From positions 1 through 51,969 of the forward strand of contig JAHQWL010000027.1 in the NCBI GenBank assembly GCA_029856155.1: 51,969 nucleotides of DNA, given 5' to 3'. The position numbers and the translations under genes were made by a program. Source of the stretch: Promethearchaeia archaeon. Lineage in GTDB: Archaea; Asgardarchaeota; Lokiarchaeia; Sigyniarchaeales; SOKP01. Shown piece by piece: positions 28,841-38,769 of the stretch. The notes below the pieces were generated by a model, which was not told where the DNA came from, ran no database searches, and worked only from the letters and a program-made list of their open reading frames with translations. Position 1 is the stretch's first letter. Each line of letters starts with the position of its first letter.

Positions 28841-29320
28841 ATGGATAGGCAATTACTCTCTAAAATACTAGCCCAAATGAGAAAAAATTTAAAAGAGGGC
28901 AAATCAATTGGAGATATGAAAGTTGGTGCACTATTAGCATTAGGTCACCAACTAGAGGCAATTTTTTACTATTTAGGACATGAATTAGGAAGTACCTTAA
29001 AGGTTAAGACCGTAAAGGATATATATCAAATTCCGGAGGAATTAAAGCGAATTATTAACGAATTTAATCTTGGATCAGTTGAAATAACTGAAAGTACGGA
29101 TGAAATTATACAATTAAAACTAAAAGATCATTCATCTATAAAAGATTTAATTAAAAAAGGAATTAAAACTACAGGAAGCTTCTGTTCATTTGAAGCGGGA
29201 TTATTAGCAGGTATTGTAGAAAAACTAAGTGATCGTCATTGTTTTGCTCAAGAACTCGGATGTAGTTTACAAACTGGTGAGAATTTCTGTACTTTTATGC
29301 TCGTTTTCCAGAAGGATTAA
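28841..29320 (+). CDS. V4R-domain protein (V4R/H-NOX/Bet3 fold)
   Basis: YYLGHELG, FCSFEAGLLAGIVE, ELGC...GENFCTF. Confidence 0.85.
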   Translation: MDRQLLSKILAQMRKNLKEGKSIGDMKVGALLALGHQLEAIFYYLGHELGSTLKVKTVKDIYQIPEELKRIINEFNLGSVEITESTDEIIQLKLKDHSSIKDLIKKGIKTTGSFCSFEAGLLAGIVEKLSDRHCFAQELGCSLQTGENFCTFMLVFQKD

Positions 29321-29552
29321 TTTTATAACTTATTTTTTTGCTACTATTTTTTCAGGAAAAGTTTTTGACTCTAATAAAAGTGTACTAATTAATTTTAAAA
29401 GGTTATTAGAAAATTATTAATAATTATAAACTATATTTTGAATATAAATGAAAATTGTAATTTTATTATTTTAGTGATATAAAACCAAAAAATTGAAATT
29501 AATGTCTATTTAGTTGATTAATTAAACCAAATTAATAAAAAGGGTTCATAGG

Positions 29553-30071
29553 ATGTCATATATTATAAAATTGGTGCTTCTTGGAGAAGCAAATGTAGGA
29601 AAAACGTCATTAGTTTATAGATTTATCGAAAATAAGTTCAGAGAAAATTATAAAAGTACCCTAGGAGTGAATCTTTTAAAAAAGGATATGGAAATTGACA
29701 AATATGGCAGTGTATCTGCTCAAATCTGGGATCTTGGTGGACAAGAATCTTTTAAATCTCTTAGAAAGCTCTATTTGGAAGGTGCAAATGGTGCGCTTCT
29801 AGTCTATGATATGACTAATAAAAAATCTTATGAAAAACTTGATGAATGGGTTCAAAGTTTTAGAGAAGCTAGAGATGATGCACCTATAATATTAATAGGA
29901 AACAAATCTGATTTGAAAAATCAAATTAAAATAACTGAAAGTGAATCAAAAGAATATGCTACAGTTAATAATTTAGGAATCATTATTACTTCTGCGAAAA
30001 CTGGTCAAAATGTCGAAGAAGCATTCATTGAGCTGTCAAGTAAAATTATAGATAAGATTTCAAACGTTTAA
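29553..30071 (+). CDS. Rab-like small GTPase
   Basis: GEANVGKT, STLGV, QIWDLGGQE, LVYD, NKSD, TSAK. Confidence 0.95.
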   Translation: MSYIIKLVLLGEANVGKTSLVYRFIENKFRENYKSTLGVNLLKKDMEIDKYGSVSAQIWDLGGQESFKSLRKLYLEGANGALLVYDMTNKKSYEKLDEWVQSFREARDDAPIILIGNKSDLKNQIKITESESKEYATVNNLGIIITSAKTGQNVEEAFIELSSKIIDKISNV

Positions 30072-30303
30072 AATTCGTTAAAAAGATTTTAGATAGTTTC
30101 TTTTTCTTTATTAATTTTTTAAAAAGAAATCTTTGTGAGTGAACTATCAACTATTAAAATTTTGTGCGTTTAACAGTAATCTTTTTTAAATCTACCACCT
30201 TTATAAAGGAAGATTTATTTAAATAAAATTAACAAGGAAACCTTGTAATAAAGAATATTTTAATTTTACAATTTCCAAATCATAATTATCACTTAATATT
30301 ATC

Positions 30304-30981
30304 ATGTCAGATGAAGAATTTGATGACGAATTTGAAAATGAATTTGATGAAGAAGGGGAAGAAGAGGAAAAAGGCGAATATGATTATGAAACTGATTTAG
30401 ATTATAAAATAGAGAATGTCGTCGCAACAGTAGTAGTAGAGATTACAGAAAAAATTGATCTTAATCAAATAGCAAGAAGGCACGCTGAGGTTGAATATAA
30501 TCCTGAACGTTTTCCCGGTTTAGTAATGAGAATTGAAAAACCTCGTGCTACGATATTGATATTTTCTACGGGGAAAATGGTAGTTACGGGTCTTAGACAA
30601 GCAGCAGAAGCAGAAAAAGTTGTTGATAAAGTAGTAAAGAACATTAGAAAAGCAGGTATAAAATTATCTAATCCCGAAATCACCATTCAAAATATAGTAG
30701 CTTCTGGTGATCTTCATACAAATATTGATCTTAATATGGCGGCAATTGTAATGGAATATGCTATGTATGAACCAGAAGTCTTTCCTGGCTTAATTTACCG
30801 TATGCAAGATCCTAAAACAGTATTTCTAATTTTTTCAACTGGAAGGATTGTGTGTACGGGTGCAAAAAAAAAAGAAATTGTAAGAGATGCAGTATTAAAA
30901 CTAAATCAACAAGTTAGAGAATTAGGAGTAGCAAGAAAAGATATTGGAGACTCAGAATATCAAGATATCACTTTTATCTAA
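30304..30981 (+). CDS. tbp: TATA-box-binding protein with acidic N-terminal extension
   Basis: Two TBP repeats: IENVVA...YNPERFPGL...LIFSTGK and IQNIVA...YEPEVFPGLIYR...LIFSTGRIVCTGAK. Confidence 0.97.
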   Translation: MSDEEFDDEFENEFDEEGEEEEKGEYDYETDLDYKIENVVATVVVEITEKIDLNQIARRHAEVEYNPERFPGLVMRIEKPRATILIFSTGKMVVTGLRQAAEAEKVVDKVVKNIRKAGIKLSNPEITIQNIVASGDLHTNIDLNMAAIVMEYAMYEPEVFPGLIYRMQDPKTVFLIFSTGRIVCTGAKKKEIVRDAVLKLNQQVRELGVARKDIGDSEYQDITFI

Positions 30982-31061
30982 AAAATTTTTATTATTATTA
31001 AAAATTCAATTTTTTTTTTTGTTTCGCTAATCCTGTCTAAATAGATATTAAAAAAAGATTT

Positions 31062-31400
31062 TCAAATAGATTTCTTTGCGTTTATAGCATTTATAGAATT
31101 AATATATTCATTATAGAATACCTTAACCAAATTATACTCTTTAGCTTTATTAAGTGCTAATAGAAGTAGTTGATTAAGAGATTTGCTATTATTAATCTCG
31201 TATATATCAGTACTGAGTCCTATTTTATCACTATATTGGTCAAGGAAATTACATATTATGTACCTATTTTCATTTCTCATGTTAATTTTATTCAGAGCAC
31301 CAAACATTCGTAGAATTAAAGGTGTCTGAAATCTAATTTTATTATGGTTTAATGTTTGGAACATCTTTAAATATTTATTTCGTTTTAAGGAAACCGACAT
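31062..31400 (-). CDS. Hypothetical protein
   Basis: 112-aa ATG-started ORF with no recognised motif. Confidence 0.55.
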   Translation of the reverse strand: MSVSLKRNKYLKMFQTLNHNKIRFQTPLILRMFGALNKINMRNENRYIICNFLDQYSDKIGLSTDIYEINNSKSLNQLLLLALNKAKEYNLVKVFYNEYINSINAINAKKSI

Positions 31401-31486
31401 AAATAAAGAATTTAAACAATCCTTTTTAAAAGAAAGTATTACTAAGATATTATCTTCAACTTTTTTAGAAAACTTTTTTAGTAAAA

Positions 31487-31771
31487 TTAGGATTCGATTA
31501 TATAATCAAAATCTTTAAATTCATTTGTTGGCAATGAATATTCATATTCAACTTTTTCTACTTGAGCATGCTTAGGACCACCTTTTGAAAATTCTAAAAG
31601 TTCATTTAATTTATCTTTAGAGCCTTCTGCTTCGATATAGACGGTTCCATTCGGCAAATTTTTAACATATCCCGTTAAACCTAAATTCCGAGCAAACTTT
31701 CGAGTAGTATAACGAAAAAAAACGCCTTGGACATATCCAAATACTTTAATTTTTATCTTAGATTCATTCAT
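31487..31771 (-). CDS. acyP: Acylphosphatase
   Basis: GYVQGVFFR, GYVKNL..GTV...EG, GP..A.V. Confidence 0.93.
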   Translation of the reverse strand: MNESKIKIKVFGYVQGVFFRYTTRKFARNLGLTGYVKNLPNGTVYIEAEGSKDKLNELLEFSKGGPKHAQVEKVEYEYSLPTNEFKDFDYIIES

Positions 31772-32403
31772 ATCTTTAAAAAATAAAAATCTTTCTCAGA
31801 GTTATATCCTATAACTTCACTTTTTACAAGTGTTTCAAGAACATTAAATAACCATTTCTTGCTTGTGTTTATCACTCTTTTAAAATCTTCAACACTTGCA
31901 GAATCTTTTATTGCTAATAAAAATAGTATTTTACTTTTCACTGATAGATGATCTGATTTTGTGATATAATTAAATTTTACTTCATAGTCATATTCTCGGG
32001 TTTTTAAAAACGCTACTTCATTGCTTAATTTGGAGATAACCTCATCAGTGGTTCGGAACGCATCTAAACTGATAAGAAACATACTTTCTAAATGTTCTTT
32101 TAGCTTTTCTTCTTGTGTTTCTTTTTCTATTTCTTGATTAAATTTTTCCAGAATTTCTAAATAATCATTACCATCATCGTATTTACTTAATACTAAAACA
32201 AGTATCATTTCCTTATTTTCGTTATAATAAGATACTGAGTTCCAATTTTTCTCTTCTGTAATAATGTAGGATTCAGTAAAGTTATGCGATATTGTTATTT
32301 GTTGAACCACGGGATCTGGGATTTCTAGATCTTCTGGGTATTTCAAATAAATCATTCCTCCCTCAACTACATCCCATCTAATTAAAAAAATCCCGTTCGG
32401 CAT
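31768..32403 (-). CDS. uDENN/longin-like N-terminal domain, coiled coil and C-terminal winged helix
   Basis: IFLIRWDVVEGGMIYLKYPE start, heptad region, SKILFLL...SKKWLFNVLETLVKSEVIGY. Confidence 0.55.
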   Translation of the reverse strand: MPNGIFLIRWDVVEGGMIYLKYPEDLEIPDPVVQQITISHNFTESYIITEEKNWNSVSYYNENKEMILVLVLSKYDDGNDYLEILEKFNQEIEKETQEEKLKEHLESMFLISLDAFRTTDEVISKLSNEVAFLKTREYDYEVKFNYITKSDHLSVKSKILFLLAIKDSASVEDFKRVINTSKKWLFNVLETLVKSEVIGYNSEKDFYFLKI

Positions 32404-32606
32404 ACCAACATCCAGTTTAAATTCTAATAATTAAATAATCGTTTATTATTAAAAATTTAATTCTTAATTACTTAATTAATCAATTATGATATCATGATAT
32501 ATATGATATATATTTGAAGGCAAGTTAGTAAAATTAAACTAAATGTATTGAAATTCCCTAAAAAAATAAATAATACAATGTTGATTTATTACATAGAGGA
32601 TTTTTT

Positions 32607-32882
32607 ATGGATGTATACTATGTATATATTTTAGAAGTTCTGGCTAAGACGGGAAAAAAAAGTTTTTACACGGGATACACTAATAATCTTTATAGAAGAT
32701 GGCATGAACATCGAAATGGTATAGGGGCTAAATTTTGTCGTGGGAAAAAAAATATTGAGTTAAAATATTTTGAAACGTATCAGAGTAGAAAAGAAGCAAT
32801 GAGAAGAGAATTGCAAATAAAAGGTTTTTCAAGAAAACAAAAACGAGAATTAATAAAGAGTTTAAATGATAAAATAAAGTAG
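32607..32882 (+). CDS. GIY-YIG nuclease (UPF0213/YhbQ-like)
   Basis: YVYIL, FYTGYT..L.RR..EH..G.GAK, EA.RRE..IK. Confidence 0.9.
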   Translation: MDVYYVYILEVLAKTGKKSFYTGYTNNLYRRWHEHRNGIGAKFCRGKKNIELKYFETYQSRKEAMRRELQIKGFSRKQKRELIKSLNDKIK

Positions 32883-32895
32883 TTGATTTAGTTAA

Positions 32896-33705
32896 TTGGT
32901 TAAAAAAAAATTTTTAATCTGTTTAGTAGGATTACCCGCATCTGGTAAATCTACCTTTGCTAAAATATTAAAAGCTGTAATTGAAAAAAAATATAATAAC
33001 CTGGATGTAAAGATCATTGATCCTGATATAATTAGATTAAATTTGACTTCAACTAAATTTGATTACGAAAAAGAACATATTATTAGAAAAGAGAACCTTA
33101 AGAAAATTAAAAACGAATTAGAAAAAGGGCATATAGTTATTAGTGATGATTTGAACTATTACTCCAGTATGAGACATGATTTAAGAGATATTGCCGATAA
33201 CCTCAATGTTGATTTTTATTCTATTCATATAGCTACTCCCATTGAAATTTGTTTGAAGTGGAATGAAAACAGAGGTGAACCTATTCCAAATATGGTTATT
33301 CAAAGAATCCATGAAAAGTTTGATACTTTTAATAGATATAGTTGGGATGTTGCAGATGCAGTATATGATCTTTCACAAATAGTAGATCTAAACGCTTTAA
33401 TTGATGATTTTATAGAGACTGTCATTGTAAAAGGGTTTAATAGAAATTTTAAACATAAATCCTTGGAAATAAAGAGAGATTTTTCAAATTTGGATAATGA
33501 AAATCTTGATAGAATAACAAGAATTTACGTAGGAAAACTTTTACATCATTCAAGGTATTTACCATTAAAGAAGAGAATTATTAAATTAAGAAAAAATTAT
33601 CTGAAACAAAATAAAAATAGAACTCTTAACGAGCCTGAGATATCAAAATCATTTAAATTTTATTTAGAAAATAATTTAAACATCCAAATTAATGAAGATC
33701 TCTGA
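32896..33705 (+). CDS. pstK: L-seryl-tRNA(Sec) kinase (PSTK/Kti12 family)
   Basis: GLPASGKST, DPD.IR, DDLNYYSSMR, WNENR, YSWD, helical C-terminal domain. Confidence 0.8.
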   Translation: MVKKKFLICLVGLPASGKSTFAKILKAVIEKKYNNLDVKIIDPDIIRLNLTSTKFDYEKEHIIRKENLKKIKNELEKGHIVISDDLNYYSSMRHDLRDIADNLNVDFYSIHIATPIEICLKWNENRGEPIPNMVIQRIHEKFDTFNRYSWDVADAVYDLSQIVDLNALIDDFIETVIVKGFNRNFKHKSLEIKRDFSNLDNENLDRITRIYVGKLLHHSRYLPLKKRIIKLRKNYLKQNKNRTLNEPEISKSFKFYLENNLNIQINEDL

Positions 33706-33818
33706 TAATTACTTTATTATAAAAATTAAAGAAAAAGAAAATAAACCATCAATTACTTTTCTTTTACAAAGTCAAATTAGATTTTTTAAAAAATTAGATT
33801 TTTATTTATGAATTTAAA

Positions 33819-36098
33819 ATGTCGCAAAAAAACAATATGAAAAAAACAGCGAAACTTAGAATTGAGCGGTTGGAAAAGAGTCGAAGTGGCCGTTCTCTAT
33901 GTTACATAGATCAAGATATAATGCTTGATTTAGGATTAAACCCTGGAGACATTATCGAGATTAGAGGAAAAAAAAAAACTACTGGTATTGCCGTGTCGTC
34001 TGTTCAAGATAGAGGAAAAGATATTATTAGACTTGATGGACTTCAAAGACTTAACGCGGGAGCGACAATAGGAGAATATATTACAGTTGAACTTGCTGAA
34101 GTATATCCCGCAATTGAGATTGAATTAACTCCTACACGCCCTAATATTGATTTAAAAAGACAAGCAGAAGCAATTAAGGGTAAATTAATAGATAAACCCG
34201 TAGTTATTGGAGATATTGTAGATATTTTAGGAACTTTTGTTCAAAAAGATGATAGTGAAAACCCAATGTCTGATATAATGAAAATGTTTCAGTTCGGAGG
34301 GAAAAAAAGACCAACATTGGGAACACTCAGATTAATCGTTGAAAATTTGAAGCCTTCAGATAAGGTTGTTAAAATTACTAGAGATACTATGATAAGAGTT
34401 AATAAGAGAGTTGCTGTCTTAAATGTTTCTGGTGGAGTCGTTACTTACGATGACGTTGGAGGTTTAACTGATGAGATTCAAAGAATTAGAGAAATGGTGG
34501 AATTACCGATAAAACACCCCGAATTATTTCATCGATTAAACATTGATCCACCAAAAGGAGTATTGTTCTATGGCCCTTCTGGTACCGGTAAAACCCTAAT
34601 GGCAAAGGCAGTATCTCAAGAGTCAAATGCAAACTTTATAACTATTAATGGTCCTGAAATAATGAGTAAATTTTATGGAGCAAGTGAGGGCAGGCTTCGT
34701 GACATTTTTAGAGAGGCTGAAGAAAATGCTCCATCTATAATATTTATTGATGAAATTGACTCAATTGCTCCTAAAAGAGTTGATACTTCAGGAGAGGTTG
34801 AAAGACGTGTAGTTTCTCAATTATTATCTTTAATGGATGGTTTACGCGGAAGGGGAGAGATAATTTGTGTAGGTGCTACTAATAGAATTAATGCAATTGA
34901 TGAAGCATTACGAAGACCAGGACGTTTTGATAGAGAGATTGAATTTGGTGTTCCTAACGTTAAAGGAAGAAAAGAAATCTTCCAAATACATACAAGAGGT
35001 ATGCCTATGGAAGAAGATGTTAATTTAGATAATTATGCTGAAATAACACATGGTTTTGTAGGCGCGGATATCATGGCAATCAGTAGAGAAGCTGCGATGT
35101 TCTCACTAAGAAGAGTCTTACCGAAAATCAATTTAGATGAGCCAATCCCAAGCGAGGTTATTCAAGAATTAAAGATTAAAGATGAGGATTTTATGAAAGC
35201 TACCAATCTTATCGAACCTTCTGCTATGCGAGAAGTAATGGTTGAAATTCCCGATATTGGATGGGATGATGTAGGGGGTTTAGAAGATCTTAAGCAAGAA
35301 TTGAGAGAAGCCGTAGAATGGCCATTAAAATATCCAAAATTATTCGAGAAGGCAGGTATACGCCCCTTAAATGGAATTCTTCTTTTTGGACCTCCGGGGT
35401 GTGGAAAAACTCTTTTAGCAAAAGCAATTGCAAATGAAAGTCAATCAAATTTCATAGCCATAAAAGGTCCAGAAATCTATTCCAAATGGGTAGGAGAAAG
35501 TGAGAGAGCTATTAGAGAAATATTTCGTAAAGCTCGACAAGCCGCTCCTTCAATAATTTATTTTGATGAGATTGACGCAATTTCTTCAGGAAGAGGTGAT
35601 TATGAAGGAACACACACCTTTGCTTCAATTGTAAATCAAATATTAGTTGAAATGGACGGAATTGAAAATCGAAAAGGTATAGTTATAATTGCTAGCACTA
35701 ACCGACCAGATATTGTTGATCCTGCTTTTCTTAGGCCAGGAAGATTTGATCGTTTGATTTTTGTAGAAGCACCTGATCTTGATTCTCGATTAAGTATTTT
35801 AAATGTTCATACAAAAAACATGCCACTCGGAGAAGACGTATCCTTAAAAAGGATTGCTCAGGTTACAGAGGGGTACAGTGGAGCAGATTTAGAAAATGTT
35901 TGCCGTGAAGCTGGAATGCAAGCAATAAGAGAAAAGATGGATAAACTAGAGAAAATCGAAAATAAGCATTTTGAATTTTCTCTGTCAAAAATAAAATCTA
36001 CCTTACCAAAGAGTATTCTCGAACGATATGAAAACATGGCAAAACAAATAACTGAATCAAGAAACCTTACGGAAACGCAAACTGATTTGTATAGATAA
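33819..36098 (+). CDS. cdc48: Cdc48/p97/VAT AAA+ ATPase
   Basis: N domain and two AAA modules ([30 protein letters not shown]); C-terminal DLYR. Confidence 0.96.
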   Translation: MSQKNNMKKTAKLRIERLEKSRSGRSLCYIDQDIMLDLGLNPGDIIEIRGKKKTTGIAVSSVQDRGKDIIRLDGLQRLNAGATIGEYITVELAEVYPAIEIELTPTRPNIDLKRQAEAIKGKLIDKPVVIGDIVDILGTFVQKDDSENPMSDIMKMFQFGGKKRPTLGTLRLIVENLKPSDKVVKITRDTMIRVNKRVAVLNVSGGVVTYDDVGGLTDEIQRIREMVELPIKHPELFHRLNIDPPKGVLFYGPSGTGKTLMAKAVSQESNANFITINGPEIMSKFYGASEGRLRDIFREAEENAPSIIFIDEIDSIAPKRVDTSGEVERRVVSQLLSLMDGLRGRGEIICVGATNRINAIDEALRRPGRFDREIEFGVPNVKGRKEIFQIHTRGMPMEEDVNLDNYAEITHGFVGADIMAISREAAMFSLRRVLPKINLDEPIPSEVIQELKIKDEDFMKATNLIEPSAMREVMVEIPDIGWDDVGGLEDLKQELREAVEWPLKYPKLFEKAGIRPLNGILLFGPPGCGKTLLAKAIANESQSNFIAIKGPEIYSKWVGESERAIREIFRKARQAAPSIIYFDEIDAISSGRGDYEGTHTFASIVNQILVEMDGIENRKGIVIIASTNRPDIVDPAFLRPGRFDRLIFVEAPDLDSRLSILNVHTKNMPLGEDVSLKRIAQVTEGYSGADLENVCREAGMQAIREKMDKLEKIENKHFEFSLSKIKSTLPKSILERYENMAKQITESRNLTETQTDLYR

Positions 36099-36227
36099 AT
36101 AACATTTCTCTTATCTATTTTTAATCACATCCATATTTTGCTTATCTAATTCTATATTAATTTTGTAAAATTTTATTAGAGACATTATCTAATTATTATT
36201 ATTTGAATAATTAAAGAGAGTTTTATC

Positions 36228-37430
36228 ATGAATGATATAAAAGTAGATTGGAAAGGACATGTGGAAAAGTATCAAACGGCGATGGTGGAATTGAATCTTG
36301 ATTTTTGCATTCTTACTCGTGTTAAATCGATTACGTATTTAGCTGGGTGTTTTGTGCCTTGGAAAAGTTATATATTTCTCCCTAAAGAAGGTGCTGGAGA
36401 CCCAATATTATATACTGTATTATTAGATACAGAAAGGGTAAAAGCAGAAGGACACTTAGAAGATGTTCAGGGTTGGGGTCCTCTTAAAGGGTTCTTTATT
36501 GAGAAAAAGATCCAAAAAGCAGCTAAAAAAACTGGGTTATATACATCAAAAGGTTCTCCACCTAGAATTGGGGTCGAATTAGGGCTCGATATCTGTGTGA
36601 CTGGTCAAATGTTATCCCACTCGGAAGCTCTATTATTAGAACAAGTGTTTCCTGGGTGTGAATTGGTAGATTTTAATGAAAAAACCGAAAGAATACAATT
36701 TATTAAAGAACCAGAAGAAATAGCGTTATTAAGAAAAGCAAGTGAAATCACCGATATAGGACAAGTTACTGTAAAGAAAGAATTAGAAGAACGCCCTTCG
36801 GGAAAAATCTTTACTGAAAATGAGATAGCTGGAATTGGAACATTAGCAATGAGAAAAGCTGGGAGTAATTATGAATGGACATTTACTGGAAACCAAGAAA
36901 TCGGTTCAGGATACCGCGCTAGTTGGACTTTTAATGGCTGTACACCTGCAACAAATAAAAAAGTAAATGAGAGTGAATCCCTATTAGTAGATCTTCATAG
37001 TGAGTATGGATGTTATCTTGGAGATTTAAGTCATAATTACATTCTTGGCAAATGTCCTTCAGAATTGAAAGCTTTTAATGATGTGTATGAGCAACTTTGC
37101 TATACTCTTATCGATAATATGTATCCTGGAAATTCATTTGAAGAGTGTTATCAAGAAGTAAGAAAGGTCGCCGAAAAAGCAGGATATGAAAATGATTTAT
37201 TTTTTGGGATAGGTCATGGAATAGGTTGTATTGGGAATGAGTCATGGCCGGTTATAGTTCCTGGAAAAGAATGGGGTCCAATGATATTTGAGGAGAACAT
37301 GGTTGAAATCGCAGCAATAGTATTTAATCGTCCTGGCCTTGGAGGTCTTCGACTTGAGTCACCTACCCTTGTAACAAGGAAAGGTGCGGAAGTGCTCCCT
37401 AAAACGCCATTTGAAGTCGATTATGTATAG
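36228..37430 (+). CDS. M24 (pita-bread fold) Xaa-Pro peptidase/creatinase-like hydrolase
   Basis: IKEPEEI..LRKA, VD...Y.GD, GHGIG, G.RLES. Confidence 0.85.
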   Translation: MNDIKVDWKGHVEKYQTAMVELNLDFCILTRVKSITYLAGCFVPWKSYIFLPKEGAGDPILYTVLLDTERVKAEGHLEDVQGWGPLKGFFIEKKIQKAAKKTGLYTSKGSPPRIGVELGLDICVTGQMLSHSEALLLEQVFPGCELVDFNEKTERIQFIKEPEEIALLRKASEITDIGQVTVKKELEERPSGKIFTENEIAGIGTLAMRKAGSNYEWTFTGNQEIGSGYRASWTFNGCTPATNKKVNESESLLVDLHSEYGCYLGDLSHNYILGKCPSELKAFNDVYEQLCYTLIDNMYPGNSFEECYQEVRKVAEKAGYENDLFFGIGHGIGCIGNESWPVIVPGKEWGPMIFEENMVEIAAIVFNRPGLGGLRLESPTLVTRKGAEVLPKTPFEVDYV

Positions 37431-37524
37431 ATTTGATTAATTTATCTTTAGATTAATCAAATATAATTTATTTTAAAAAAAATATATCTTTTGTTATAGA
37501 ATATCTAAATCTCAAAAAGAAAAC
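37353..37524 (+). repeat. Direct-repeat unit 1 (intact M24 3' end + hairpin spacer + decayed M20 start)
   Basis: Aligns to 40039-40211. The M20-start relic (atagaatatctaaatctcaaaaagaaaac) begins 66 nt after the stop, the same spacing as the real M20 ATG after the relic stop. Confidence 0.8.
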
Positions 37525-37530
37525 ATTTTT

Positions 37531-38427
37531 TTAATTTAATAACTCTAAAAATCTTTTTAAAATAGCATGATATTCATCTCTTTTGAGTAAAGTGCCCATA
37601 TGCCCAACATTCTCAAATATGATTTCTTCCACATTGGGATATTGGCTTCTTAATTCCTCATGATAAGGAAATCCATTATCATCATTCGCTGTAAATATTA
37701 GAACTTTACCATCCCACCCGTCATAATTTTCTATATTGTATTTTTCACCATTGAATTCACCTGTAAGAATCGATTGGCATAGTATAACACTCTTCTCTAC
37801 TTTACTAAACCTTTCTTTTACAAATGCTAATGTAAATTTTAACTCCTCCCGAATTTCAGGAGTCATTTCTTTTTCTTCATTTGCTAATTTCAAAAGTTTT
37901 TTTGACATCAACTTCTTTAATAGAAAAGCCGGTATAAATTTAAGCAGCTTATTAGTTTTTTTAAAATCGTTTACCCATTCATTTTTTGGAGGATAGCTAT
38001 TGATAAGAATAAGTGCTTCTATATTTTTATAATTTCTATGGAAATATGGTTGAGCCATAAAACTTCCAAAACTCTGACCTATTAATATATATCTCTTCAC
38101 ATTTTCTTTTTTTAGAATTTCATTTACACCTTCACTAAATTCATCCAAACTTTCAAAATTCGTAATTGATGGGGCGATAACTCTATAATTTTTTTCAAAA
38201 AATCGTATCGCTTGAAAATTACCCTCAGCATTTCCAAGTGCTCCATGAAAGGTAAGAACTGTTTTTTTACCAGTTCCACAGCTAATATACTCTATTTCCT
38301 TATTTCTGAACATTATCATTTTTGTAGGATGATTTCTTCTATATTCCACAAGGCCTTGATAAAGTTCCGGAGCTATATCCTTATAAAATTTGGAATTACT
38401 TTGATTTTTCATCTCTAATAGCCTCAA
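37531..38427 (-). CDS. Alpha/beta hydrolase; probable start at 38412
   Basis: FHG, GQSFG nucleophile elbow, ANDD, VGH. Confidence 0.88.
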   Translation of the reverse strand: MRLLEMKNQSNSKFYKDIAPELYQGLVEYRRNHPTKMIMFRNKEIEYISCGTGKKTVLTFHGALGNAEGNFQAIRFFEKNYRVIAPSITNFESLDEFSEGVNEILKKENVKRYILIGQSFGSFMAQPYFHRNYKNIEALILINSYPPKNEWVNDFKKTNKLLKFIPAFLLKKLMSKKLLKLANEEKEMTPEIREELKFTLAFVKERFSKVEKSVILCQSILTGEFNGEKYNIENYDGWDGKVLIFTANDDNGFPYHEELRSQYPNVEEIIFENVGHMGTLLKRDEYHAILKRFLELLN

Positions 38428-38636
38428 TTTTTACTTTACCTAAAATTTTTTTATCGCTATTTAGGCATAACTAATATTGATATATAAATATTTTTATTCT
38501 TTTATGGAATTTGAGTAATCTATTCAAATTTTGATATTAGGTTATGTTTAAAAATATCTAAATTAAATAATTTAAGATTTCTTCAATTAATGTATATATT
38601 TTGTATATAAACTTAGTAGGTCTAATATTATAAATT

Positions 38637-38705
38637 TCAAGTAAATATGCTGAAATATTTCCTAAAACATTATTTGAAGTTGACTATGTCTAGTTTTCAT
38701 TAAAC
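38637..38705 (+). pseudogene. Direct-repeat unit 2: relic of the M24 gene 3' end
   Basis: Translates SSKYAEIFPKTLFEVDYV* versus real TRKGAEVLPKTPFEVDYV*, followed by tttcattaaac as in unit 4. Confidence 0.8.
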
Positions 38706-38769
38706 CGTTTTAAGTTATTCTTTTTAATTAGCCTAATTCTATTTGAATTTGAAGTATTGGAAATGAGAT

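Noticed and set aside
32607-32882. GIY-YIG protein as a homing endonuclease driving the insertions
   Set aside because: It is a small stand-alone UPF0213-type protein without a DNA-binding extension or intron/intein context.
12914-33705. Selenocysteine read-through of TGA-terminated ORFs (13849, 16059, 33705)
   Set aside because: Further stops follow within a few codons, there is no redox-motif context, and I recognised no SECIS.
33774-33803. Tandem aaattagattttt repeat upstream of cdc48
   Set aside because: Two short AT-rich copies, compatible with slippage or chance.
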